From Candidatus Bathyarchaeia archaeon (GTDB lineage Archaea > Thermoproteota > Bathyarchaeia > 40CM-2-53-6): DNA of 64,000 nt. This document shows, piece after piece, positions 28,399-38,253 of the stretch. The stretch spans positions 32,001-96,000 of the forward strand of contig JBEKVV010000002.1 of the NCBI GenBank assembly GCA_049513715.1, given 5' to 3'. Under the pieces are notes generated by a model, which made no database searches, was not told where the DNA came from, and saw nothing but the letters and a program-made list of their open reading frames with translations. Every line of letters starts with the position of its first letter. Position 1 is the stretch's first letter. The position numbers were made by a program, and so were the translations under genes.

Positions 28399-29327
28399 TC
28401 ACAATGAAGTTATTCTACGTAACCGACATTCACGGGGCTGAGATATGCTTCCGGAAATTCTTCGCTGCCATCCGCGAGTACAAAATCGACGTAGCTCTCC
28501 TGCTAGGCGACCTCTCCGGAAAAGTGACAGTTCCAATCCAGAAGAAGGACGAGACATACACGTGCAAAGTTCTAGGCTCGGACCTCGTAGCCCGAAATGC
28601 CACCGAGCTAGCTGACCTGCAAGCGAAAATTGCCAACATAGGGTACTACAGCTACGTAGCCTCCCCACAAGAGGTCGAGGAAGTGTACAAGAATCCTGAG
28701 AAGAACGACGAGCTATTTCAGAAGCTCATTATCGAAAGGCTGCAACGCTGGATGCAAGTCGCAGACGAGAAACTCCGAGGCTCAAAAGTCAAGGTCTACA
28801 TTGGGGCTGGGAACGATGACCCGTTCGCCATTGACCCCGTGCTGGATCGTTCAGACCGGGTTACAAACATGAATGAAAGGTTAATCAATATTGAAGGTTA
28901 CGAAGTCATTACCACAGCCTTCTCAAACCCAACCCCATGGAACACGCCTAGGGAGTGCAGCGAGGGGGAGTTGGGCAAGAAAATCGAAGAACTCGCCAGC
29001 AAGGTCACTAGGATGGAGACGGCAATATTCAACTTCCACGTCCCGCCCTACGGATCACTACTCGACAATGCACCAGAACTGAAAGACCTACAACCAGTCG
29101 CAGGTTCCGTTGTGAACGTGGGTAGTACTGCAGTTGCAGAAGCAATTGAAAAACATCAACCCCTGCTCGGGCTTCATGGTCATATTCATGAATCAAAAGC
29201 AGCACAGAAGATTGGAAGGACCCTGTGCGTTAACCCAGGGAGCGAATACTCAGACGGAATTCTACGCGGCGTAGCCGTCAATCTTGAAAATGGCAGAATC
29301 AAGAACTACATTTTCACATCTGGCTGA
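28395..29327 (+). CDS. Metallophosphoesterase (Icc-like), paralog 2
   Basis: TDIHG, GDLSGK, GNDD, HVPPY, LHGHIHES, NPGSEY. Confidence 0.88.
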   Translation: MITMKLFYVTDIHGAEICFRKFFAAIREYKIDVALLLGDLSGKVTVPIQKKDETYTCKVLGSDLVARNATELADLQAKIANIGYYSYVASPQEVEEVYKNPEKNDELFQKLIIERLQRWMQVADEKLRGSKVKVYIGAGNDDPFAIDPVLDRSDRVTNMNERLINIEGYEVITTAFSNPTPWNTPRECSEGELGKKIEELASKVTRMETAIFNFHVPPYGSLLDNAPELKDLQPVAGSVVNVGSTAVAEAIEKHQPLLGLHGHIHESKAAQKIGRTLCVNPGSEYSDGILRGVAVNLENGRIKNYIFTSG

Positions 29328-29354
29328 GCAACATCAAATCACGGTTGAGAACCT

Positions 29355-30116
29355 ATGGAATATCGAGCAGATTTGATGAGTTGGGCGGATTTCCAACGCG
29401 CCGTCAACCAAAACCGTCTGGTAATCCTGCCCATTGGTTCCCTGGAGCAGCACGGCCCACATCTCCCCCTTGGAACTGACACGATCACAGTACGGGGGTT
29501 AGCAGATCGTGTCGCAAAGCGGACGCGCGGAATTGTTGTTCCAGAAATCAGCTACGGGTTCAAACCCCAACCAGGGTCCTCCGCCGGCAACAATTTCCCG
29601 GGAACCTGCAGCCTAGACGGTTCAACCCTTACAATGCTGGTCAGAGACGTAGTTCGCGAACTTGTCCGGCACAAAGTCCGGCGGATTTTGATTCTAGACG
29701 GTCACTATGAGAACGCGCTGTTCATCAACGAAGGTGTAGACTTGGCGCTAAAAGATCTATGCATGCCAAAGCGCGTCAAAGTAGTGATTGCGAGGTGGTT
29801 TGAACTAATTCCTGCTAGTTTCTTCATGAAACACTTCGGGAAAGACTTCGAAGGCATGATGTACGAACACGCGTCCAAGGTTGAGACCTCAGTGATGATG
29901 GCCTTGAACCAAAGGAGCGTTCAGAAAAACCGAATGAAAAATGACAGGCCCATTAGAAGGGAGAACTACACGGTCCTACCCGAAAGCAGCGAATTCATCC
30001 CGAAATCCGGCGTCCTGTCCTCCGTCTTTCCATCCTCAGCGAAAATTGGTGAAGAACTCGTAAATTACGCCGTCAGGGAAATCGTCAAGATTGCCGGGAA
30101 AGAGTTTCCTGAGTAG
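29355..30116 (+). CDS. Creatininase / creatinine amidohydrolase family protein
   Basis: LPIGSLEQHGPHLPLGTD, DGHYEN, EHASKVETS. Confidence 0.9.
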   Translation: MEYRADLMSWADFQRAVNQNRLVILPIGSLEQHGPHLPLGTDTITVRGLADRVAKRTRGIVVPEISYGFKPQPGSSAGNNFPGTCSLDGSTLTMLVRDVVRELVRHKVRRILILDGHYENALFINEGVDLALKDLCMPKRVKVVIARWFELIPASFFMKHFGKDFEGMMYEHASKVETSVMMALNQRSVQKNRMKNDRPIRRENYTVLPESSEFIPKSGVLSSVFPSSAKIGEELVNYAVREIVKIAGKEFPE

Positions 30117-30127
30117 GTCGCGGAAGC

Positions 30128-31747
30128 CTACTCAGGTGGAAGTTCTTTGAATGCCTGGTTGATGTCGACTCCTCTTCGTTTCTGATACGCAGCGTTGACA
30201 AAGTACCAGATGGCGCATACGAGGAGAATTCCCGCTGTGTACACGATTGGCACTGGTGCATTGTAACCCAGTTCGGGGGCCGTTAAGTAAACTGCGACTA
30301 GAGAGCCGCTGGCGATCGCCGCTAGGACTCCAACTACGGTGATTAGAGGAACAGGGCCTACTTTGTAACGGCTCATCGGTGATGCTTCGAAGGTTTGCCG
30401 GCGCCTCTTCCAGAAGACAATCGCCGCCAGTGAGGTCACAAACACCACCCCTGTGGGGCCTGCTACGGCTCCAACCGCAATGACAGAGTAGAACGGCGGC
30501 CAGAAGTCGAACAGGTAAGCTGCGACTAGGCTGACTGCGAAGCACAGAATTGTCGGTTTTATGGGTGTGTGAGTTCGCGAGCTAACAGAACCCATCCACG
30601 CCGGTAGCATCCTGTCAAGGGACATCGCGATCCAGATTCTTGTGACGATAACGAATTCGCTTGCTGCAATGAAGAACCCGCCAGCAATCAATCCCAAGGA
30701 GACCAGTACAATGAGAACAGGGTTTGTGGTCAGCATTGACACCAAGAGGCTGACAGTGGGGTAGAAGGGCACGACACTGTTGGGCAAGTAGTATGCGTTC
30801 GCAATTCGGTTCAAGAAGTCCCATCCGACTACACTCGTGAATAATGCAATCGGGACGAAGAGCGCAATCCACTGAAGGTAGAGGCCTGCGGCAGAAAATG
30901 ACAGGAACAACCGCTTGAAATCGTTAGCCCGTTTCACCTCTCCTAGAATCCCAGTCGACGCCCACATCGTCCAAGCAATGTAAATGCTAAGAACACTCAT
31001 CAGGAGGAATGTGTTCCGCCAGCTGAACGCTGGGACAACGTAACCGGCAGTAGTTGTTGCTTGAACTATGGCTTCGTACAGGTTCTGGCTTCCCATCAAA
31101 TTGCCCCAATAATTGAACGCACTATGGAAGCTTTGGCTATTCGCGCCAGCCAGGAGATAGATCAAAACTATGTTTGTGATTAGGGTGAAGGGGAACAGAA
31201 TCCACCGCTGGCTTCGAATCCACCACTTCAAAGGCACAACGGTTACAACTAACGAAAGTATACCCGTAATTACGGAAGCAGCAAACTGTCCGGTCGGAAT
31301 CTGGAGCCAGTTCGCCCACCCTATCAATGTGCCATTATTCTGGAGGGTGCCGATTAGGAGGAACACGGGGGCAAGGCCGAGGCTAGCAATTACGTAACCT
31401 CCGAACGCCACGAAGGTAGCAATCCAGATTACCGTGAACCAGCCCAACGGAAAAATCACGCCGATAGCTGGATGCAGGATTCTGCTTTGGTACACGTAGT
31501 CGCCGCCGGCTCTGGGCATTGATGACCCGAGGCCTGCATAGAGTGCATACAGCGGAAGCATAACGAGTAGACAGAGAGCAATCGACCATCCAAGGTCAGC
31601 GCCTGGCAGGTAGTATTGCGCGTAGGGCATGAAGTAGAACAGGAGGTAGAACCCTCCGGAGCCTGCAATGCCCCACCACGCGACATCGAAAAGCGACATC
31701 TCTCTGACAAGGCCGGATGATTTCCGTCGGAAAAGTTCCTGAGTCAT
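30128..31747 (-). CDS. APC-family amino acid permease, paralog 2
   Basis: RKSSGLVRE, MPRAGGDYVY, GEVK, FKELPPE. Confidence 0.9.
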   Translation of the reverse strand: MTQELFRRKSSGLVREMSLFDVAWWGIAGSGGFYLLFYFMPYAQYYLPGADLGWSIALCLLVMLPLYALYAGLGSSMPRAGGDYVYQSRILHPAIGVIFPLGWFTVIWIATFVAFGGYVIASLGLAPVFLLIGTLQNNGTLIGWANWLQIPTGQFAASVITGILSLVVTVVPLKWWIRSQRWILFPFTLITNIVLIYLLAGANSQSFHSAFNYWGNLMGSQNLYEAIVQATTTAGYVVPAFSWRNTFLLMSVLSIYIAWTMWASTGILGEVKRANDFKRLFLSFSAAGLYLQWIALFVPIALFTSVVGWDFLNRIANAYYLPNSVVPFYPTVSLLVSMLTTNPVLIVLVSLGLIAGGFFIAASEFVIVTRIWIAMSLDRMLPAWMGSVSSRTHTPIKPTILCFAVSLVAAYLFDFWPPFYSVIAVGAVAGPTGVVFVTSLAAIVFWKRRRQTFEASPMSRYKVGPVPLITVVGVLAAIASGSLVAVYLTAPELGYNAPVPIVYTAGILLVCAIWYFVNAAYQKRRGVDINQAFKELPPE

Positions 31748-31793
31748 AACGTCTCAGGTGTTTGTTGGCCTGCTCAATCTGTAAAAGACTTTC

Positions 31794-31905
31794 GGCTCTA
31801 TCTTACGGATTCCGAAATGAGGCTCTATCTTACGGATTCCGAAATGAGGCTCTATCTTACAGATTCCGAAATGAGGCTCTATCTTACGGATTCCGAAATG
31901 AGGCT
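31794..31905. repeat. Tandem repeat, 4 x 27 bp (GGCTCTATCTTACGGATTCCGAAATGA)
   Basis: Units start at 31794, 31821, 31848 (one G>A) and 31875; no spacers. Confidence 0.95.
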
Positions 31906-31994
31906 GTTGACTGGATAACCCTGCAACCAAGCCACGGCGGAAAGCACTGTCGAGGTTTAGTAAGGCCTACGCGCAATTGCAAAACTGAACTAAC

Positions 31995-33029
31995 TTGGCA
32001 ATTGTAGGAAAAGCTGCGAGAATGTACGCGCCTAATTCCCCTTTGAAACTTCAGAGTATGGAGTTCGCAACCCCTAGAGCTGATCAGGTTCTGGTCAAAA
32101 TGAAGGCCAGCGGACTATGTTTCTCTGACGTGCATGCAATGAATGGAGAACTGCCCCCGTCCTGCTTGCCACTTGTGTTGGGGCATGAAGGGGCTGGAAT
32201 TGTGGAAGCAAGCGGAAAGCACGTGGAGGACTTCAAGAAGGGACAGCCTGTTGTCATAGACTATGTCCAATCTTGCGGAAAATGTGGTTACTGCAAGTCC
32301 CATCGTGAGAACTTGTGTTCAAACTCCAACCTCTTCGGGTTTGATGTTGACGGTTCCTTCGCGGAGTATGCCCTCGTGCCAGCAAGGAGTCTTGTGAAGT
32401 TCAGCAAGAGCCTCCCGTTCGACCAGGCCTCAATCTTAGGCTGTGCTGTATCAACCCCCTACCATGCATTCAAGCGAGCCGGTCTGAAGAAGAATCAGAC
32501 GGCTGTACTAATTGGCATTGGAGGCGTGGGTTATCACGCAGCCCTCCTTAGCAAACTGATTGGCGTGCGCTTTATGACCGTCGACATATCTGCCCAGCAA
32601 CTCGCAAGGACGCGACAGATCGGTGCCGAACTGGCGGTAAACTCTGCTCACGAAGACCCAGTCAAATCAGTCCGCGCCTTCACAGGTGAAGAGGGCGTTG
32701 ATGTGGTCTTCGACTTCGTAGGAAAGCCCGAAACAATCAAACAGGCGGTTGGAATGGTCAAAAAAGGTGGAGTCGCAGTCTTAGTTGGAATAAATCCCGG
32801 ACAGATTCAACTAGATTCCATGGACCTCCTGCTGAGGGAAGTTGAGCTCAAGACTTCCATCGACCATACGCACGATGATCTGGTAGCAGTCGTGGGCTTG
32901 GTCTCGAAAGGAAGACTCAACCTATCAAAATCGATAACCCACCGCATAAGCCTGGAACAGATTAACGAGGGATTTCACATACTTCAGGAGAAAATAGGCG
33001 ATCCAATTCGCGTGGCAGTCGTGCAATAG
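31995..33029 (+). CDS. Zn-dependent alcohol dehydrogenase (MDR)
   Basis: GLCFSD, GHEGAG, CGKCGYC..C, GIGGVG. Confidence 0.92.
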   Translation: MAIVGKAARMYAPNSPLKLQSMEFATPRADQVLVKMKASGLCFSDVHAMNGELPPSCLPLVLGHEGAGIVEASGKHVEDFKKGQPVVIDYVQSCGKCGYCKSHRENLCSNSNLFGFDVDGSFAEYALVPARSLVKFSKSLPFDQASILGCAVSTPYHAFKRAGLKKNQTAVLIGIGGVGYHAALLSKLIGVRFMTVDISAQQLARTRQIGAELAVNSAHEDPVKSVRAFTGEEGVDVVFDFVGKPETIKQAVGMVKKGGVAVLVGINPGQIQLDSMDLLLREVELKTSIDHTHDDLVAVVGLVSKGRLNLSKSITHRISLEQINEGFHILQEKIGDPIRVAVVQ

Positions 33030-33079
33030 CAGCATTTTTCGTGCATGGCACCTCAGAAACCGAAGGGTGCATTTCGTAT

Positions 33080-33541
33080 TCAGATCTTGTAGTGGTAAGC
33101 TCCTCTCCACTTGTAAACATCCATCACGATTGAGGTATCACTACCGCGGACAGATTGAATCTTTCCCAATTTGTCGATCAGGAACTTCTTCAAGCTTTGT
33201 ATATCGTCGGTCAGCACATCCACTAGGATGTCGTGGGTGCCCGTTGCCACGGCCAAGAAGTAGACTTCGTCAAACTCAGCGAGTTCCGCTGCGATCTTCT
33301 TGAGATCTGACGGGTTCGCGTCGACGCCAACCCGGGCAAGCAGTCTTTCTCCAGTCAATTGCTGGTTGAGGGAGATGGTGAATCGTTCGATGACCTTGTT
33401 CTTGAGGAGCCGCTTCACCCGTGCCCTCACAGCGCCCTCCGTTAGTCCTATCTGATTCCCGATTTTAGCGAAAGGGACTCTTGCGTTCTCTTGAAGCAGA
33501 CGCAAGATCTGAACATCAATCTCGTCAAGTGAACGCAACAT
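33080..33541 (-). CDS. Lrp/AsnC transcriptional regulator
   Basis: LDEIDVQILRLLQENARVPF...AVRARVKRL; TGTHD in the RAM domain. Confidence 0.92.
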   Translation of the reverse strand: MLRSLDEIDVQILRLLQENARVPFAKIGNQIGLTEGAVRARVKRLLKNKVIERFTISLNQQLTGERLLARVGVDANPSDLKKIAAELAEFDEVYFLAVATGTHDILVDVLTDDIQSLKKFLIDKLGKIQSVRGSDTSIVMDVYKWRGAYHYKI

Positions 33542-33582
33542 GAGAATCGGCATTAGGATTCTGCACTCCACAGGCTTAACTG

Positions 33583-33597
33583 TTACGAAACCCGTAA
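33583..33597. promoter_or_regulatory. Palindromic candidate operator TTACG-AAACC-CGTAA
   Basis: Lies between the divergent lrp gene and ECF operon, next to an AT-rich TATATAT. Confidence 0.55.
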
Positions 33598-33701
33598 TAT
33601 ATATCCTGTTTGAAGTCGAGACAAGTAGAATATGCGCTCTATTTACTACGAAATCGAAATTGTCAAATACTCACCAAGGAGCACCATCAGTTGGTGAAAA
33701 T

Positions 33702-34478
33702 TTGACAAAGTACGAAAGACGTGGACTAGCCACAATTCTAGGTGCACCGATATCATGGGTTGCCCTTTTCGGAGGGCTCATCGGTTTCTCGTCACTTATC
33801 CCAATGATTTTCTACATTTTCGGCGGAGGCTTTCTGTCAGTAGGGATGGTAATCTTCGGGCCAATTGCGGGCATGGTACTCGGGCCCTTTGCGGGTTACA
33901 TCGCAGGGCTGATAGGTGGTCTAATAGGCATGTTCATCTCACCGGCGAGTTTCCCACTAGGGTTCATTGATGCAAACCTTTCAGGCGCCTTCATCCCATT
34001 GTTCTGGGGTCTCGTCAACAAGAAGTACACAAAGATCATCATTCCTTTCTGGCTCATGTGGATTGCAATAGCCATAATCTGGCCGTACCACTTCCCCGGC
34101 CCTGCAGGGGGCTTTGCCACTCCAAGTGAGCCGACGTACACAGTGAGTTGGTTGTGGACATACATCGGCTTCGCTCTCTTCCTTGCGCTTGGAATCAAGT
34201 TCATACCAAACTGGATCAAGGAAGGCTCTCCTCGCCGCAAGATGTTTGCAGGGCTCGGAATCTACAATTTCATCGCGAATACAGCGTGGATGGTTCCTTG
34301 GAAGATCATCTACTTCGGGATTCTGAAATATCCGTCAGATGTCGTAGTAGCGGACAACCTGGTCTCATGGTGGGCCTATACCCTACCCATGGTAGTCGCA
34401 TCCACAATAGTGGGCGTAGTAGTACTTGAAGCGCTTCGCAAGAGCGGACTTCGCAGACCACCCGGCGGGATCGTTTGA
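33702..34478 (+). CDS. ECF transporter S component (putative)
   Basis: Multi-TM, GMVLGPFAGYIAGLIGG pattern; first gene of an ECF operon; TTG start after GGTGA. Confidence 0.72.
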   Translation: MTKYERRGLATILGAPISWVALFGGLIGFSSLIPMIFYIFGGGFLSVGMVIFGPIAGMVLGPFAGYIAGLIGGLIGMFISPASFPLGFIDANLSGAFIPLFWGLVNKKYTKIIIPFWLMWIAIAIIWPYHFPGPAGGFATPSEPTYTVSWLWTYIGFALFLALGIKFIPNWIKEGSPRRKMFAGLGIYNFIANTAWMVPWKIIYFGILKYPSDVVVADNLVSWWAYTLPMVVASTIVGVVVLEALRKSGLRRPPGGIV

Positions 34479-34492
34479 AGGAGGAAACAAAC

Positions 34493-34708
34493 ATGAACGA
34501 AGAAGGAAAGAAATACCTCAAACAAACGCTCCCAGGATTAGTCGGCGCGATCCTCCTTGTTTACGGAGGACTCAGCCTGGCAACAATCTACTGGTCAACT
34601 GAAGCCTACCAAACAGCCACGCAAACTAACATCTACTCAGCAGCAATCGCCGCAGTAATCGGCGTAATACTAGTACTCGTCTGGCTAGCCACTGGAAAGC
34701 GAAAGTAA
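34493..34708 (+). CDS. Small two-TM membrane protein in the ECF operon
   Basis: ATG after AAGGAGG; two hydrophobic helices. Confidence 0.7.
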   Translation: MNEEGKKYLKQTLPGLVGAILLVYGGLSLATIYWSTEAYQTATQTNIYSAAIAAVIGVILVLVWLATGKRK

Positions 34709-34726
34709 CAACCCTAAGACAAAAAA

Positions 34727-36460
34727 ATGAGTTGGCGCCCGTCAGTGGAGGAGGATTACATCAAAATCTCGAACCTCTCGTTCACGTATCCCGACGGGAC
34801 CCTGGCACTGAAGAACATCAACCTGGCCATCAAAAAGGGCGAGTACGTAGTCATCATGGGTCAAAACGGTGCAGGAAAAACAACCCTTTCCCTTTTTTTG
34901 AATGGAACTATACCGAACATAACCGGAGGCACAGTCGAGGGAACGGTTACCTCAGCGGGCCTGAACCCCTTTGAAAGGCCCGTTTATGAAATGGCACAGA
35001 AGGTCGGCGTAGTACTACAAGATCCTGAAGCCCAACTAATCTGCTCAGACGTCAAAGCGGAAGTGGCATTCGCAGCAGAGAACTTGGGCCTACCTCGTGA
35101 AGAAATCGAGAAACGCATTCAATGGGCAAACAAGATTGTCCGTCTTGACGGAATGGAGGACAGAAGCCCACAGCAGCTGTCCGGAGGACAGAAGCAGCGG
35201 CTAGCCATCGCAGCCAACTTGGTCATGCAACCCGAAGTCATCGTTTTGGACGAGCCCACCTCGCAGCTGGACCCCGTCGGAACAACTGAAGTTTTCTCGG
35301 TTCTGAAGGACCTCAACGAGAAACACAACATGACCGTGGTTATGGCTGAACACAAGAGTGAGGCCGCTGCTGAATTCGCCGACAGAATCGTGGTGTTAAA
35401 CAATGGCGAGATTGTTGCGGACGGCGAGCCGCATGAAGTTTTCGGGAATGTAGACATGCTCAAGAAAGTGTACGTTAAGGTTCCAGATGTCACGATGCTC
35501 GCTTGGAAAATGAAAGAGAAGATGCCGACCGGAAAGTATCCCATCACAATACCTGAAGCGCACAGTGTGATCGACGGGATAGCTCAGAAGGTGAACGTGA
35601 GCAGAACTACTTTTCCGGTCGAGATAGCATCGAGGTCATCCGTAGCGAAGCCCATCGTGGAGGTTGAAGACTTCCATTTCTCATATCCCCAAGCTGCGAC
35701 AGAGGCCTTGGCAGGCGTCAACGCGGCCATTTACGACGGCGAGTTCGTGGCTCTCATCGGACAGAATGGTTCCGGAAAGACAACCTTGGTGAAATGCCTG
35801 CTTGGCATTCTGCGGTCAAAGAAAGGCCGGATAGTCGTTGATGGTAATGATATCAAAGGCACGCGGCCGGGAGAGCTTGCTAAGAAGATAGGGCTCGTGC
35901 TGCAGAACCCCGACACTCAACTCTTTCAGATGTCGGTTAAGGAAGAAATTGAGTTCGGGCTGCGTAACATCGGCGTGCCTGAGAGCGAAATCGAACCACG
36001 AATCGACGAAGCCATAAAGGCTACAGGCCTCGAGGCTTGGAGGGACATTTACCCATTCAGGTTGAGTTTCGGGGACCGGCGCAAAGTGGCTGTCGCCGCA
36101 ATCATAGCCATGAAACCCCGGATACTGATTTTTGATGAACCAACAACTGGGCAGGATTTCCGCGGTAGGTATGAACTTGCCGAGATAGCTAAGCAACTAA
36201 ACGAATCGGGCTCAACTGTGATAATGATTACACATGACATGGACCTCGTGGCCAGGTATGCCAAACGGACCATCGTCATGGGCTTAGGAAAGATAATCGC
36301 AGAGGGACCAACACGTGAGATCTTTAAACAAACTAAGCTCTTAGAACAGACTTTCCTCCGCCCGCCACAGATCACTCAATTATCAAACGAGATCGGCGTC
36401 CCAGCCATGTCCGGTTCCCTCACAGTAGATGAACTCTATTCGAATCTGACAAAGGGGTGA
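34727..36460 (+). CDS. ECF transporter dual ATPase (A-A' fusion)
   Basis: Two Walker A motifs (GQNGAGKT, GQNGSGKT), LQDPEAQ / LQNPDTQ, LSGGQKQR, DEPT. Confidence 0.92.
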   Translation: MSWRPSVEEDYIKISNLSFTYPDGTLALKNINLAIKKGEYVVIMGQNGAGKTTLSLFLNGTIPNITGGTVEGTVTSAGLNPFERPVYEMAQKVGVVLQDPEAQLICSDVKAEVAFAAENLGLPREEIEKRIQWANKIVRLDGMEDRSPQQLSGGQKQRLAIAANLVMQPEVIVLDEPTSQLDPVGTTEVFSVLKDLNEKHNMTVVMAEHKSEAAAEFADRIVVLNNGEIVADGEPHEVFGNVDMLKKVYVKVPDVTMLAWKMKEKMPTGKYPITIPEAHSVIDGIAQKVNVSRTTFPVEIASRSSVAKPIVEVEDFHFSYPQAATEALAGVNAAIYDGEFVALIGQNGSGKTTLVKCLLGILRSKKGRIVVDGNDIKGTRPGELAKKIGLVLQNPDTQLFQMSVKEEIEFGLRNIGVPESEIEPRIDEAIKATGLEAWRDIYPFRLSFGDRRKVAVAAIIAMKPRILIFDEPTTGQDFRGRYELAEIAKQLNESGSTVIMITHDMDLVARYAKRTIVMGLGKIIAEGPTREIFKQTKLLEQTFLRPPQITQLSNEIGVPAMSGSLTVDELYSNLTKG

Positions 36461-36466
36461 AAAGAA

Positions 36467-37270
36467 ATGGCGATGATAGAATACATAAAGAAAGACACAA
36501 TTGTACACGGCCTGAACCCCATAACGAAGATCTTCCTGTTAGTAGCCTTCTGGGCCGTCGCGCTAGTCATGTTTGACTTGGTATCTGTCATACTGATAGT
36601 CATCGTGTCTGTGGTACTTTGGCGTCTCTCGGGGATCCCGCTCTCAGTGTTAAGGAAGGTATTCGTTCTGCTGTCTGTCGTATTCGTTGTCTACATTCTC
36701 GTTAACGGTTTCATGTATTTCAGAGGAAAGACTCCGATCTTCTTCGTTCTCGGCCATCCGTTCACGTGGGAAGGGCTAATCTTCGGTATTACAATAAGCC
36801 TCAAAGTCCTGGCGGTTGTGTGTCTCGTGCCAGTTCTAACCATGACAACTCCCATGTCGAAGTTGATGGCGGCGATGGCAAAGATGAAGGTACCATACAA
36901 GTTCGTTTTCACTTTCGCAATGGCGATCAGGCTTACGCCTCTGATCGACCAGGTGTATCATGAAATAATCGAGGCGCAGAAACTGCGTGGCCACGACGTC
37001 GATTCGATGGGCTTGATTAAGAAGATTCGGAAGGGGTACCTGCCAATCTTCGTTCCACTAATCCTGACTTTGCTCAGGCGTTCATCTGACATGGATGTGG
37101 CGATTGAATCCCGTGCCTTCGGTGCTCCGGTGAAGCGAACGTACGTGGAAGAGATGGGATTTCATGCTTGGGACTTTGTTTTCATGGGGGTGACCGTCAT
37201 TATCGCCGGCTCCATCCTAACTTACTCGTTCCTATACGGAAGTCTCACACTCGGTGTGTTGCCGGTATGA
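36467..37270 (+). CDS. ECF transporter T component
   Basis: HGLNPITK, EAQKLRG, AIESRAF motifs. Confidence 0.9.
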   Translation: MAMIEYIKKDTIVHGLNPITKIFLLVAFWAVALVMFDLVSVILIVIVSVVLWRLSGIPLSVLRKVFVLLSVVFVVYILVNGFMYFRGKTPIFFVLGHPFTWEGLIFGITISLKVLAVVCLVPVLTMTTPMSKLMAAMAKMKVPYKFVFTFAMAIRLTPLIDQVYHEIIEAQKLRGHDVDSMGLIKKIRKGYLPIFVPLILTLLRRSSDMDVAIESRAFGAPVKRTYVEEMGFHAWDFVFMGVTVIIAGSILTYSFLYGSLTLGVLPV

Positions 37271-37296
37271 TTCCAAATCATATGAGGTTGAACTGA

Positions 37297-38226
37297 ATGT
37301 TTCGCGGACGCGACTTCTTGACTTTGATGGATTTCTCGCGACTTGAGATCGAGACGATTCTTGACACCGCGCGAGACCTGAAACAAAAGTTGCGACGGCA
37401 TGAACCGCACGAATATCTACGAGGTAGATCCGTAGCGGTTTTGTTTGAGAAGCCCTCCACGAGGACTAGGACCTCGTTCCAAGCTGCCATCGCTCACCTG
37501 GGCGCTCAAAGCTTCTACATGAGACCCGATGAGATGCAGCTCGCCAGAGGAGAACCAGTAAAGGATACTGCACGAGTGATCGACCGATACTGCGATGCAC
37601 TGGTCATGCGCACTTTCGGCCAAGATCGGATCGAAGAGTTTGCCAGATACATGGAAAACCCGGTCATCAACGCCTTAACCGACCTGACGCACCCCTGCCA
37701 AGGCCTAGCCGACATGCTGACGATACTTGAGTACAAAGAACAACTAGACACCGTCAAGGTCTGCTATGCAGGTGATCTTTGGAACGTCTGCCACAGCCTC
37801 ATTGTAAGTGCTTCCATCTTCGGCTTCAAACTGCATATTGCACGGCCAAATGGCTACGAGCCGAACGAAAGGATCATGAGGTTCGCAACGGAGAAGGCAA
37901 AACACACTGGTGCTGAGATCGTAATCACGGACGACCTTAAGCAGGCGGTGAAGGACGCGGACGTCCTGTATGCTAATACGTGGCACAGCATGGGAGGCCC
38001 AGAGAAGGAGAAAGAAAAACGCATACGCCACTTCGCTCCATATCAGCTGAACCACAATGTGGCCGAAGCTGCAAAGCCAGACTACATCTTCATGCACTGT
38101 CTCCCCGGATATAGAGGGGAAGAGATGTCTGAAGAGATCATCGAAGGTTCTCACTCTGCAGTCTGGGATCAAGCTGAGAACCGTATGCACACCGAGAAGG
38201 CCGTACTGGCCCTGACAATGACGTAG
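37297..38226 (+). CDS. argF: Ornithine carbamoyltransferase family
   Basis: FEKPSTRTR, HPCQ, SMG, FMHCLP, QAENR. Confidence 0.88.
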   Translation: MFRGRDFLTLMDFSRLEIETILDTARDLKQKLRRHEPHEYLRGRSVAVLFEKPSTRTRTSFQAAIAHLGAQSFYMRPDEMQLARGEPVKDTARVIDRYCDALVMRTFGQDRIEEFARYMENPVINALTDLTHPCQGLADMLTILEYKEQLDTVKVCYAGDLWNVCHSLIVSASIFGFKLHIARPNGYEPNERIMRFATEKAKHTGAEIVITDDLKQAVKDADVLYANTWHSMGGPEKEKEKRIRHFAPYQLNHNVAEAAKPDYIFMHCLPGYRGEEMSEEIIEGSHSAVWDQAENRMHTEKAVLALTMT

Positions 38227-38253
38227 CCATGAACATGAGGGGCTAATTTCATC

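Noticed and set aside
31794..31905. CRISPR array
   Set aside because: The units are head-to-tail with no spacers, and there are no cas genes in the window.
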